This document shows positions 37,859-46,582 of a DNA stretch of 64,000 nucleotides, piece by piece. A program made the position numbers and the translations under genes. Source of the DNA: an uncultured Clostridia bacterium. Its GTDB lineage: Bacteria; Bacillota; Clostridia; TANB77; CAG-508. The stretch lies in the NCBI GenBank assembly GCA_934122115.1, contig CAKOVU010000001.1, positions 23,755 to 87,754 of the forward strand. The letters run 5' to 3'. The notes under the pieces were generated by a model. That model worked only from the letters and a program-made list of their open reading frames with translations. It was not told the origin of the DNA and searched no databases. Every line of letters starts with the position of its first letter. Position 1 is the first letter of the stretch.

Positions 37859-40213
37859 ATGCGAAAATTAACAAAGATAATATCATTAGTAATTATTATT
37901 GCTATGGTTTTGCAAAATACTATAGCTTTGGCTAACGTGATAGAAATAGGTGAAAAATCTTTAATAAAAAGAGGGAATCTTGGCTTTTATACTATTCAGT
38001 ATTGGAATGAGGCAAAAGAAAGATGGATGTATATTACATATTCAAGAACATATTATCAAGATAAGAATGGAAAAAATAGAGTGGCCTATTGTGTAGATCC
38101 AGAATTAGATGGTGTTGGTTGGCTACCGGGGGAAGTAGAACAATACGAGGCAACAATATCAAATAAAATAACCAATAAAGAATTATGGAATGTATATAAA
38201 AATGGATATCCATATGTTTCATATCAGCAATTAGGAGTTGAAACTGAAGATGATGCGTATTTGGCTACAAAGCAGGCTGCATATTTTGTGCTTAGAAAAT
38301 GGCCTCTTGAAAAAGTTTATGATTATTTTAGAGGAGGGCGAGACCCGATTAATGACCAAAATTTGGAAGATATAAATAGAAGAGGAAGAAAAGTAGTAGA
38401 TGCAATATATAATCTAGTTAATATAGCGTATAATAATTCGCAAAATATACCAGTAGCCTCCATAAAGCAGAGTGGAGGGTTAGTAGCAGAGAAAGATGGA
38501 AAAAACTATTCATCAAGTTATATATTAGAAAAAACTAGTGGAGATATATCACTTAAAGTGAAAAGTATAGAAGGAGCACCACAGGAGACATATATAGCAG
38601 ACAAAAACGGACAGAAAAAAGAGAGTTTTAATGGCGGAGAACAATTGAAAATAATGATTCCGAAAGACCAGATAAAAAAGGAATATGATATTAAGATAAA
38701 TTATGAATTAACCTTAAAGAATTATCCCGTATATTATGCTAGAAGTGAACAGGAAAATTCACAAAATTATGTTGTAGTTGGAGAAAACAATGAAAAATTT
38801 AATGGAGTTATAAATACTAAGATTGGAGCAGGAAAGTCCACTATAAATATAATAAAATTGGATGAGGAAAATAAAGAACCAATAAGTGGAGTAAAATTCA
38901 ATATAAAGTATAAAGATGGAGAAAATATAGGTGATTTTGTGACTGATGAGGAAGGGAAAATAGAAATAAAAGATGTACATCAAGGAACTGTGATTGTAAC
39001 AGAGATAGAAACAGATAAAAAATATGAAATAGATGTGAATGGAAAAGAAATACAAATTGGATATAATACTACACATGAATTGGAAATAACCAATAAAAGA
39101 AAAAAAGGAAGCCTGGAGGTTACAAAGGTAGATAAAGATGATAACAGTATAAAAATAGAAGGTGTGGAGTTTGAACTATTAAATGATAAAGGAGAGATAA
39201 TTGAAAAATTAGTAACAGACGAAGAAGGAAAAGCCATTATTAATAATATTGATATCGGAGAATATATATTAAAAGAGACAAAAACAAATGAAGAATATAG
39301 GTTGGGAGAAGAACACAGTATAAAGATAAATTGGAATGAAAAATTAAATCTTACAATAGAAAACGAGAAAAAGAAAGGAAAACTAGAAATAATTAAAACA
39401 AGTGAAGATGAAAACAACATATTAAATTTACCTCAAGGAAGCTATATAGAAGGAACAGAGTTTGACGTACTAGATTACGAAGGCAATATTATAGACCATA
39501 TAATTACAAATGAAGAAGGAAAGGCTGCAAGCAAGATGTTACCTCTAGGGAAATATAAAGTAATAGAAACTAAGGCAAATGAGTGGTACATGAAAAATGA
39601 AGAAATCTATGAAGTTAGCATTAGTTCTGATAACGAAATTGTGGAACTTAATATAACTAATAAATCTAAGGACCCTAAAGTAGATATTAATAAAAAGGGA
39701 CCTAGCTTGTCATATGCTAATCAAGAGATTAGGTATGATTTTGAAATACGAAATACCGGAAATGTAGAATTAAATGATTTCACCTGGTATGAATTTTTAC
39801 CATTCGAATATGGAAAAATAACTAGAATGTCAACAGGCACATATAATCAAGAACTTAGTTATAATGTTTATTATAGGACTAATAAAAAGCAAGAATATCT
39901 TGTGCTGGCAGAAAATTTAAGTACAAATGTAAATAATTATATAGATTTGGAGAAAATTTATTTAGAAGATGATGAAAAAATTACTGAAATAAAAATAAAA
40001 TACGGAGATGTAAATGTGAATTTTGCTGAAGAAGAAAAGCCTCAAATCTATATGAAACTAAAAGAAGATTTAACAGAAAACCAGGAAGTAAGGAATACTA
40101 CTATATTAGAAGGAAAGCATAATGATTATAAAATTTGTGATGAAGATGAGGTAACGACAATAATAAGAGAAAATAAACCAGAACCTAAAAAATTACCAAG
40201 AACAGGATTTTAA
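37859..40213 (+). CDS. surface adhesin with N-terminal putative thioester (TQXA-like) domain and three or four CnaB-type repeats; ends LPRTGF-stop
   Basis: Signal peptide, AYCVDPE (candidate thioester Cys) and ATKQAAYF (candidate Gln). Repeats include GVKFNIKYKDGENIGDFVTDEEGKIEI, GVEFELLNDKGEIIEKLVTDEEGKA and GTEFDVLDYEGNIIDHIITNEEGKA. C-terminal KKLPRTGF is followed directly by TAA with no hydrophobic anchor. Confidence 0.65.
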   Translation: MRKLTKIISLVIIIAMVLQNTIALANVIEIGEKSLIKRGNLGFYTIQYWNEAKERWMYITYSRTYYQDKNGKNRVAYCVDPELDGVGWLPGEVEQYEATISNKITNKELWNVYKNGYPYVSYQQLGVETEDDAYLATKQAAYFVLRKWPLEKVYDYFRGGRDPINDQNLEDINRRGRKVVDAIYNLVNIAYNNSQNIPVASIKQSGGLVAEKDGKNYSSSYILEKTSGDISLKVKSIEGAPQETYIADKNGQKKESFNGGEQLKIMIPKDQIKKEYDIKINYELTLKNYPVYYARSEQENSQNYVVVGENNEKFNGVINTKIGAGKSTINIIKLDEENKEPISGVKFNIKYKDGENIGDFVTDEEGKIEIKDVHQGTVIVTEIETDKKYEIDVNGKEIQIGYNTTHELEITNKRKKGSLEVTKVDKDDNSIKIEGVEFELLNDKGEIIEKLVTDEEGKAIINNIDIGEYILKETKTNEEYRLGEEHSIKINWNEKLNLTIENEKKKGKLEIIKTSEDENNILNLPQGSYIEGTEFDVLDYEGNIIDHIITNEEGKAASKMLPLGKYKVIETKANEWYMKNEEIYEVSISSDNEIVELNITNKSKDPKVDINKKGPSLSYANQEIRYDFEIRNTGNVELNDFTWYEFLPFEYGKITRMSTGTYNQELSYNVYYRTNKKQEYLVLAENLSTNVNNYIDLEKIYLEDDEKITEIKIKYGDVNVNFAEEEKPQIYMKLKEDLTENQEVRNTTILEGKHNDYKICDEDEVTTIIRENKPEPKKLPRTGF

Positions 40214-40324
40214 ATATATGGTATAAAAATGAAGAAAAATATTGAAATATAAGGAATATTGTAATATAATGTAAATATTGCATTAAGCAATTTCTATAAT
40301 AATGGTTTGAAAGGAGCAATAAAG

Positions 40325-41017
40325 ATGATTTATTCAAAAGAATTAGAAAATATGTGCCCAATTGCAAAAGGAGTTAACCATGGCCCAGCACCAATTCCAG
40401 AAGAAGGAAAATGGGTAAAAGCAACAGAAATAAAGGATATATCAGGATTAACACATGGTATAGGCTGGTGTGCACCACAACAAGGAGCATGTAAATTAAC
40501 ATTAAATGTAAAAGATGGAATAATACAAGAAGCATTAATTGAGACAGTAGGATGTTCAGGAATGACACATTCAGCAGCAATGGCTGGAGAAATATTAACA
40601 GGAAAAACAATATTAGAAGCATTAAACACAGACTTAGTTTGTGATGCTATAAATACTGCTATGAGAGAATTATTTCTACAAATTGTATATGGAAGAACAC
40701 AAACAGCTTTCTCTGAAGGCGGACTTCCAGTAGGAGCAGGACTTGAAGACTTAGGAAAAGGCCATACAAGTCAAGTAGGAACAATATATTCAAGCACTTT
40801 AAAAGGACCAAGATACCTAAATTTAGCTGAAGGATATATTGTAGAACTTGGATTAGATAAAGATGACCAAATAATAGGTTATAAATATGTTCATCTAGGA
40901 AAAATGATGGATGGAATAAAAGCAGGAATGGATCCAATGGAAGCAATAGAAAAGGCTTCTGGTAAATATGGAAGATTCGACGAAGCTGTTAAAAAAGTAG
41001 ATCCAAGAAAGCAATAA
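40325..41017 (+). CDS. conserved hypothetical protein, EF_0830/AHA_3911-family-like partner of a GGGtGRT protein
   Basis: Cys-rich (CAPQQGACK, VGCSGMTH); RBS AAAGGAG 7 nt upstream; family assignment from memory. Confidence 0.45.
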   Translation: MIYSKELENMCPIAKGVNHGPAPIPEEGKWVKATEIKDISGLTHGIGWCAPQQGACKLTLNVKDGIIQEALIETVGCSGMTHSAAMAGEILTGKTILEALNTDLVCDAINTAMRELFLQIVYGRTQTAFSEGGLPVGAGLEDLGKGHTSQVGTIYSSTLKGPRYLNLAEGYIVELGLDKDDQIIGYKYVHLGKMMDGIKAGMDPMEAIEKASGKYGRFDEAVKKVDPRKQ

Positions 41018-41036
41018 TAAGAAGGGGGAATAAGAG

Positions 41037-42041
41037 ATGGCAGTAACATTTGAAAGTTATGAGAGAAGAATAGACCAAATAAAACCAGTAATGGAAAAAT
41101 ATGGAATAAAAGATTTTGAAGATGCTTTAAAAATATGTACAGATAAAGGATTCAATCCTTATGAAATAGTTAAAGGTGTTCAACCAATATGCTTTGAGAA
41201 TGCAGCTTGGGCATATACACTAGGTGCAGCAATAGCAATAAAAAAGGGATGCACAAAAGCTCATGAAGCAGCAAAGGCAATAGGAGAAGGCTTACAAGCA
41301 TTTTGTATACCTGGTTCAGTTGCAGATGATAGAAAAGTAGGATTAGGACATGGAAATTTAGCATCAATGTTGTTATCAGAGGAAACAAAATGCTTTGCTT
41401 TCTTAGCAGGACATGAAAGTTTTGCAGCAGCAGAAGGTGCTATAGGAATAGCAAAATCTGCAAATAAAGTAAGAAAAGAACCATTAAGAGTTATATTAAA
41501 TGGATTAGGAAAAGATGCAGCACAAATAATTTCTAGAATAAATGGTTTTACATATGTAAAAACAGATTTTGATTTCTTCACTGGTAAAGTAAAAGTAGTT
41601 GAAGAAATACCATATTCAGATGGTGAGAGAAGCCAAGTTAGATGTTACGGTGCAAACGATGTAAGAGAAGGCGTTGCAATAATGTGGTTAGAAGATGTAG
41701 ACATCTCAATTACAGGAAATTCAACAAACCCAACAAGATTCCAACATCCAGTAGCTGGAACATATAAGAAAGAAAGATTAGAAGCAGGAAAGAAATATTT
41801 CTCTGTTGCTTCAGGTGGAGGAACAGGAAGAACATTACACCCAGATAATATGGCAGCAGGTCCAGCTTCATATGGAATGACAGATACAATGGGAAGAATG
41901 CATTCAGATGCGCAATTCGCAGGAAGTTCATCAGTACCAGCCCACGTAGAGATGATGGGATTAATTGGAATGGGTAACAACCCAATGGTTGGTGCATCAG
42001 TAGCAGTAGCGGTAGCTGTAGAAGAAGCAATGAATAAATAA
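41037..42041 (+). CDS. GGGtGRT-family protein (EF_0831/AHA_3912-like)
   Basis: Contains the signature ASGGGTGRTLHPDN. Confidence 0.6.
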   Translation: MAVTFESYERRIDQIKPVMEKYGIKDFEDALKICTDKGFNPYEIVKGVQPICFENAAWAYTLGAAIAIKKGCTKAHEAAKAIGEGLQAFCIPGSVADDRKVGLGHGNLASMLLSEETKCFAFLAGHESFAAAEGAIGIAKSANKVRKEPLRVILNGLGKDAAQIISRINGFTYVKTDFDFFTGKVKVVEEIPYSDGERSQVRCYGANDVREGVAIMWLEDVDISITGNSTNPTRFQHPVAGTYKKERLEAGKKYFSVASGGGTGRTLHPDNMAAGPASYGMTDTMGRMHSDAQFAGSSSVPAHVEMMGLIGMGNNPMVGASVAVAVAVEEAMNK

Positions 42042-42063
42042 ACTTGTTATATAAAAAACGAAA

Positions 42064-42092
42064 AAGCCTCTAAATAAAGGGGCTTTTATTTA
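42064..42092 (+). terminator. intrinsic terminator AAGCCTCT-aaataa-AGGGGCTT + TTTATTT
   Basis: 8-bp stem (one G-U) followed by a U-tract. Confidence 0.55.
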
Positions 42093-42216
42093 ATTGCAAA
42101 TACAGGAAAAAATGTTTGCTATTTTTATAAAAAACTATTGACATTTATAAAAATAGGCTATAGAATATAAACACAAAAACGAACAAAGGTTCAATAATTG
42201 TGGGAGGAGAATTTAA

Positions 42217-42759
42217 ATGAGTAGCTTAGAAAATCACAAAAACTTTATGAATAGAACTTACTTAACAATTAGTGTATTAGGAAAAAATTTAAATTTAGAT
42301 GTTAAATATAGAAACAATCCAATTATAGAACTAGATAAACAAGAAAAAAATATAAATTTGTATTTACCAAAAAAATATAAAACAATGGACAATGTAAATA
42401 TAATAAATATGGCTATAGAAAAAATGTATGATGAAATTGCCGAAACAGAAATAGAAAATTCAATGGAAAAAGTAAGAGTAATTTTAGGATTTGCACCTGA
42501 AGACTATAAAATAGAAAGAATGAGAGAATCTTTTTGCAAAGTTAAAAATAAAGTTTTAATAATAAATCCTGATATAGTAAAGTATAATAGAAAAATTATA
42601 GAAACAACATTATTACAAGCATTTTGCAAGTCACAATATAAAGTAAATAGTAAAGCATATAAGCAAGCACTAGGAGCGGGCATAGAAAAGTATGAAAAAA
42701 TGAAATATCAATTAATAATAAATAGAAAAACAGTAAGGAATATAGCTAAAGTTTCGTAA
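42217..42759 (+). CDS. hypothetical 180-aa protein
   Basis: ORF preceded by TTGACA-17-TAGAAT promoter (42138-42166) and RBS GGGAGGAG. Confidence 0.45.
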   Translation: MSSLENHKNFMNRTYLTISVLGKNLNLDVKYRNNPIIELDKQEKNINLYLPKKYKTMDNVNIINMAIEKMYDEIAETEIENSMEKVRVILGFAPEDYKIERMRESFCKVKNKVLIINPDIVKYNRKIIETTLLQAFCKSQYKVNSKAYKQALGAGIEKYEKMKYQLIINRKTVRNIAKVS

Positions 42760-42924
42760 ATAGTAGTAGAGATTAATTATAACAATAAATGAGGCAGGAA
42801 GTTAAATCCTGCCCTTATGTATCTTATTACTATAAAACTGATAAAACATATAAATAATAAAATATATAAAAACAAAACTTAAAATCCTGTCTTAATAATA
42901 ATAGTCTAATAAATTAAACTAAAA

Positions 42925-43131
42925 CTATTTCATTTGGCTTTCAGCTTGTTGGATTAATTTCTTAACCATTTGTCCACCTATTCTACCTGCATCTCTTGAA
43001 GATAAGTCACCGTTGTAACCATCTTTTAGATTTACACCAACTTCACTAGCTACTTCATATTTGAATTTGTTTAATGCATCAGCAGCTTCTGGAACTACTT
43101 TGTAATTACTGTTGCTTGATGAATGTGCCAT
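42925..43131 (-). CDS. alpha/beta-type small acid-soluble spore protein
   Basis: SNYKVVPEAADALNKFKYEVASEVGV...GDLSSRDAGRIGGQMVKKLI, the canonical SASP signature. Confidence 0.9.
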   Translation of the reverse strand: MAHSSSNSNYKVVPEAADALNKFKYEVASEVGVNLKDGYNGDLSSRDAGRIGGQMVKKLIQQAESQMK

Positions 43132-43260
43132 TATTTTTCACCTCCTAGAATGTGAATATTTAATATCGAAAAGTAATGTACTTTTCAATAGTTATATTGC
43201 ACAATAAAATAGAAAATACACTGGAAATTTTTGAAAGTTTTTTTAACTTAAAAATATGTG

Positions 43261-43287
43261 TTGCAAAACATGAATATGTGGTATAAT
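43261..43287 (+). promoter_or_regulatory. extended -10 promoter (TTGCAA-15-TGgTATAAT) upstream of the HAD hydrolase gene
   Basis: TTGCAA 43261-43266, TGG 43279-43281, TATAAT 43282-43287. Confidence 0.4.
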
Positions 43288-43329
43288 AGTAAAACATAAT
43301 AAATTAAAATAAAAAAACAGGAGATAATA

Positions 43330-44208
43330 ATGTATAAATTAGTATGTATAGATTTAGATGGAACTCTATTAAATTCTTATGGCCAAGTTTCAAATAAAAA
43401 TAAAGAATCTATAAAAAAATTAATAAATAAAAATGTAGAAGTTGTCATAGCATCAGGAAGACCAATAAATTCGGCTTCTAGCATCGCAAAAGAAATTGAA
43501 TCAGATAAATATGTGATATGTGGAAATGGTTCTGTATTATATGATTTGCAGAAAAAAGCCATAGTATACGATAAATGTATAGAAAAGAAAAAAGTCTTGC
43601 AAATAATTAAAGAATGTGAAGAAAATAGCATATATTACAATGTGTACACAGAAAATTTAACTATTACTAAATCATTAAATTATAATACACTTGTGTATAA
43701 TTATGAAAATCAAAATAAGACAGAAGATCAAAAAACAAACATAAAAATAGTAGATGATATATATAGTTATATAGAAAATTCTGAAAATATAAATGTTTTA
43801 AAAATAACAATATGTGATGATAATGAAATAATTTTCGGAGGAATAATCAGAAAATTAAGGCAGATAAAAGGTATAGATGTTCTAGATGTAGCACATATGT
43901 CAAGGAAAAGAATAAAACGCGGAACAGAAGAAATTGCTATAGAATATTATTATACAGAAATAACAAGTCAAAATGTGAATAAATGGAATGCGATTAAGGA
44001 ATTATCAAATATATTAGGAATAAAAGATGAAGAAATAGTTGCTATTGGAGATAATATAAATGATAAAGAAATGATAGAAAAAGCAGGTCTAGGAATAATA
44101 ATGGGAAATAGTGCTCCATATATGAAAGAATTTGCTGATGTTGTAGTAAATGATAATAATAATGATGGAGTATCAGATGCGATAGAAAATTATATATTAA
44201 AAGAATAA
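43330..44208 (+). CDS. Cof-type HAD-IIB family hydrolase
   Basis: CIDLDGTLL (HAD motif I) and GDNINDKEM (motif IV). Confidence 0.8.
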   Translation: MYKLVCIDLDGTLLNSYGQVSNKNKESIKKLINKNVEVVIASGRPINSASSIAKEIESDKYVICGNGSVLYDLQKKAIVYDKCIEKKKVLQIIKECEENSIYYNVYTENLTITKSLNYNTLVYNYENQNKTEDQKTNIKIVDDIYSYIENSENINVLKITICDDNEIIFGGIIRKLRQIKGIDVLDVAHMSRKRIKRGTEEIAIEYYYTEITSQNVNKWNAIKELSNILGIKDEEIVAIGDNINDKEMIEKAGLGIIMGNSAPYMKEFADVVVNDNNNDGVSDAIENYILKE

Positions 44209-44414
44209 AATCTTAAGAAAATGCCAAAATATTAAATATATGGAGGCATTTTATGAAAGAGAAAAATGCATTTTGTGATAATGAAGAGACAAGTAAATTT
44301 GGAGAATTTGTGACTTCATATTTTGGATGGCTGCCAATAAGCAAGCAAAAAGACAGGGCAGAAGAAATGAATAATATGACGAAAGGTGAACTGAAAAAAT
44401 AGTGAGAAAATATA

Positions 44415-44442
44415 TTGACAAAAGGAAAAAAGGTAGTATAAT
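44415..44442 (+). promoter_or_regulatory. sigma-A promoter TTGACA-16-TATAAT of the ctsR operon
   Basis: TTGACA 44415-44420, TATAAT 44437-44442. Confidence 0.55.
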
Positions 44443-44451
44443 AAAAATGTA

Positions 44452-44474
44452 GGTCAAAGAAAGTCAAAGTCAAA
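44452..44474 (+). promoter_or_regulatory. CtsR operator: GGTCAAA-gaa-AGTCAAA plus a third GTCAAA repeat
   Basis: Matches the CtsR heptad direct-repeat consensus (A/G)GTCAAA-NAN-(A/G)GTCAAA immediately downstream of the -10, before RBS AAAGGAG. Confidence 0.7.
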
Positions 44475-44485
44475 AAGGAGAAGAA

Positions 44486-44935
44486 ATGAGAATATCAGAT
44501 GTGATAGAAGAATTTATAAAAGATATGTTTGAAAGTGGTGATTCAATAGATATACAAAGAAATGAATTAGCAGAAAAATTTAATTGTGTGCCATCACAAA
44601 TAAATTATGTAATATCTACACGTTTTAAACCAAATCAAGGCTATTATGTAGAAAGCCAAAGAGGCGGAGGTGGCCATATAACAATAAAAAAAGTTGCTAT
44701 TACAAAAAGCAATTATTTAATGCATATAATCACTAATATGGGAGATAAAATAACTGCCCAAGAGGTTAGCATCTATATAAGCAATTTTCTATCATATAAC
44801 ATTATAAATGAAACGGTAGCAAAATTATTAAAAGTAGCAACGAGTGATAATGTACTAAATATTGATGCAAAGAAAAGAGATGAGTTAAGAGCAAATATAT
44901 TTAAAAATATGTTAATTAATTTGGTAGAAGACTAA
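44486..44935 (+). CDS. ctsR: transcriptional regulator CtsR
   Basis: MRISDVIEEFIKDMF...; glycine-rich loop RGGGGHI. Confidence 0.9.
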   Translation: MRISDVIEEFIKDMFESGDSIDIQRNELAEKFNCVPSQINYVISTRFKPNQGYYVESQRGGGGHITIKKVAITKSNYLMHIITNMGDKITAQEVSIYISNFLSYNIINETVAKLLKVATSDNVLNIDAKKRDELRANIFKNMLINLVED

Positions 44936-44965
44936 AATAACATATAATTAAGGAGGTTGATAAAT

Positions 44966-45526
44966 ATGTTATGTCAAAATTGTGGTGAAAATGAAGCAAA
45001 TATAAAATATACTCAAAATATAAATGGAGTAAAAAAACAAATGAATTTATGCGAAAAGTGTGCAAAAAAATTAGGATTAGATGGTTTTCAATTTAGTTTG
45101 CCAATACATTTTTCGGATTTTTTAGAAGATTTTTTCCAAACAGAAAATTCAGATTTATTGCCCAATTTCATTACGCAGAATAATAATTTGTGCAAAACCT
45201 GTGGAGAAGAATATGATAATTTTATAAAAACAGGATTATTAGGATGCCCAGAATGCTATAACTCTTTTGAAAATAAAATAGATCCAATCTTAAAGAAATT
45301 ACAAGGAAATACGCGTCATGTAGGAAGGGGAATAGAAAATAAAAATCAGAAAAATAGAATTATAATTAATGAAAATAAAGATACTGAAAATGTAGGAAAA
45401 GCTGAAAAAACTGTAGAAGAAAAGATAGCGGAATTACAAGAACAGCTAAAAATTGCTATAAAAGAGGAAAGATATGAAGATGCAGCTAAGATAAGAGATG
45501 AAATAAAAAATATGAAAAAAGAATAA
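44966..45526 (+). CDS. mcsA: protein-arginine kinase activator McsA (UvrB/C-motif, zinc-finger protein)
   Basis: CQNCG...CEKC and CKTCG...CPEC zinc fingers plus C-terminal UVR motif; ATG 44966 nine nt after AGGAGG. Confidence 0.8.
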   Translation: MLCQNCGENEANIKYTQNINGVKKQMNLCEKCAKKLGLDGFQFSLPIHFSDFLEDFFQTENSDLLPNFITQNNNLCKTCGEEYDNFIKTGLLGCPECYNSFENKIDPILKKLQGNTRHVGRGIENKNQKNRIIINENKDTENVGKAEKTVEEKIAELQEQLKIAIKEERYEDAAKIRDEIKNMKKE

Positions 45527-45541
45527 AATGGAGGAATTGAA

Positions 45542-46561
45542 ATGTCTAATTGGTATTTACAAAATGGTAAGGAATCGGATGTTGTGATAAGTACTAGAAT
45601 CAGACTAGCTAGAAACTTATCTGGATTTCCTTTTGAGAATAAATGCGATAAAGAAGCTAAAAAACAAATATTAAATAAAATAGAAGAAGTAGTTCCTAAT
45701 ATAGGTTATGGATTGCAATTATTAAAAATGAAGGATATGAATGAATTAACGAAAGAAGAACTAATAGAGAAACATTTAATAAGTCCAGATTTTGCAAATA
45801 AAGATGACGATTCTAGAGCCATAATCATAAATAATGAAGAAAATATTTGTATAATGGTAAATGAAGAAGATCATATCAGAATACAAGTGTTTTCTGAAGG
45901 GCTAGAAGTTGAAAATTTGTTAAATTTGGCTATTGAGTTGGATAAAAAATTAGAAAAGTTACTAAATTATTCATATAGTGATAAATATGGATATTTGACA
46001 GCTTGCCCTACAAATGTAGGAACAGGCTTAAGAGTTTCAACAATGGTACATGTTCCAGCACTAGATAAAACAGAAAATTTAGGAAAAATATTAAGAATTG
46101 TAAATAATTTTGGAATGAGTGTTAGAGGTGTATACGGAGAAGGCTCAGATAGCAAAGGAAACATATATCAAATTTCTAACAACCAAACATTAGGATTAAC
46201 AGAGGAAGAGATAGCAAAGGATGTGTTAAATATTACACAAAAAGTAATAGAGCAAGAAAGAATAGCACGTAAATATTTAGGAAAAACAGGGTTAGAATTA
46301 GAAAACCAATTATATAGAGCATTTGGCCTTATGATGTATTCAAAAATGATAACATTAGATGAATGTATGGACTTGTTATCCGATGTAAAACTAGGAACAG
46401 ATATGGGAATAATAAAAGAATTGGATGATGGGAAAATAAAAAAATTATTGTTGTATACTAAACCTGCCAACATGCAGAGGTACTATGGACAGACCATGGG
46501 GAAAAATGAAGAAAACATTAAAAGGGCAGAATTAGTGCAACAAATTATAAATGAAAAATAA
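45542..46561 (+). CDS. mcsB: protein arginine kinase McsB
   Basis: ATP:guanido phosphotransferase motifs CPTNVGTGLR. Confidence 0.85.
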   Translation: MSNWYLQNGKESDVVISTRIRLARNLSGFPFENKCDKEAKKQILNKIEEVVPNIGYGLQLLKMKDMNELTKEELIEKHLISPDFANKDDDSRAIIINNEENICIMVNEEDHIRIQVFSEGLEVENLLNLAIELDKKLEKLLNYSYSDKYGYLTACPTNVGTGLRVSTMVHVPALDKTENLGKILRIVNNFGMSVRGVYGEGSDSKGNIYQISNNQTLGLTEEEIAKDVLNITQKVIEQERIARKYLGKTGLELENQLYRAFGLMMYSKMITLDECMDLLSDVKLGTDMGIIKELDDGKIKKLLLYTKPANMQRYYGQTMGKNEENIKRAELVQQIINEK

Positions 46562-46582
46562 TTTAAGAATGAAGGTGATACT

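Noticed and set aside
43132-43250. Forespore (sigma-G/F) promoter for the SASP gene
   Set aside because: A CATTCTA -10-like element exists on the minus strand, but no convincing GNATR -35 lies at 17-18 nt, so it is left uncalled.
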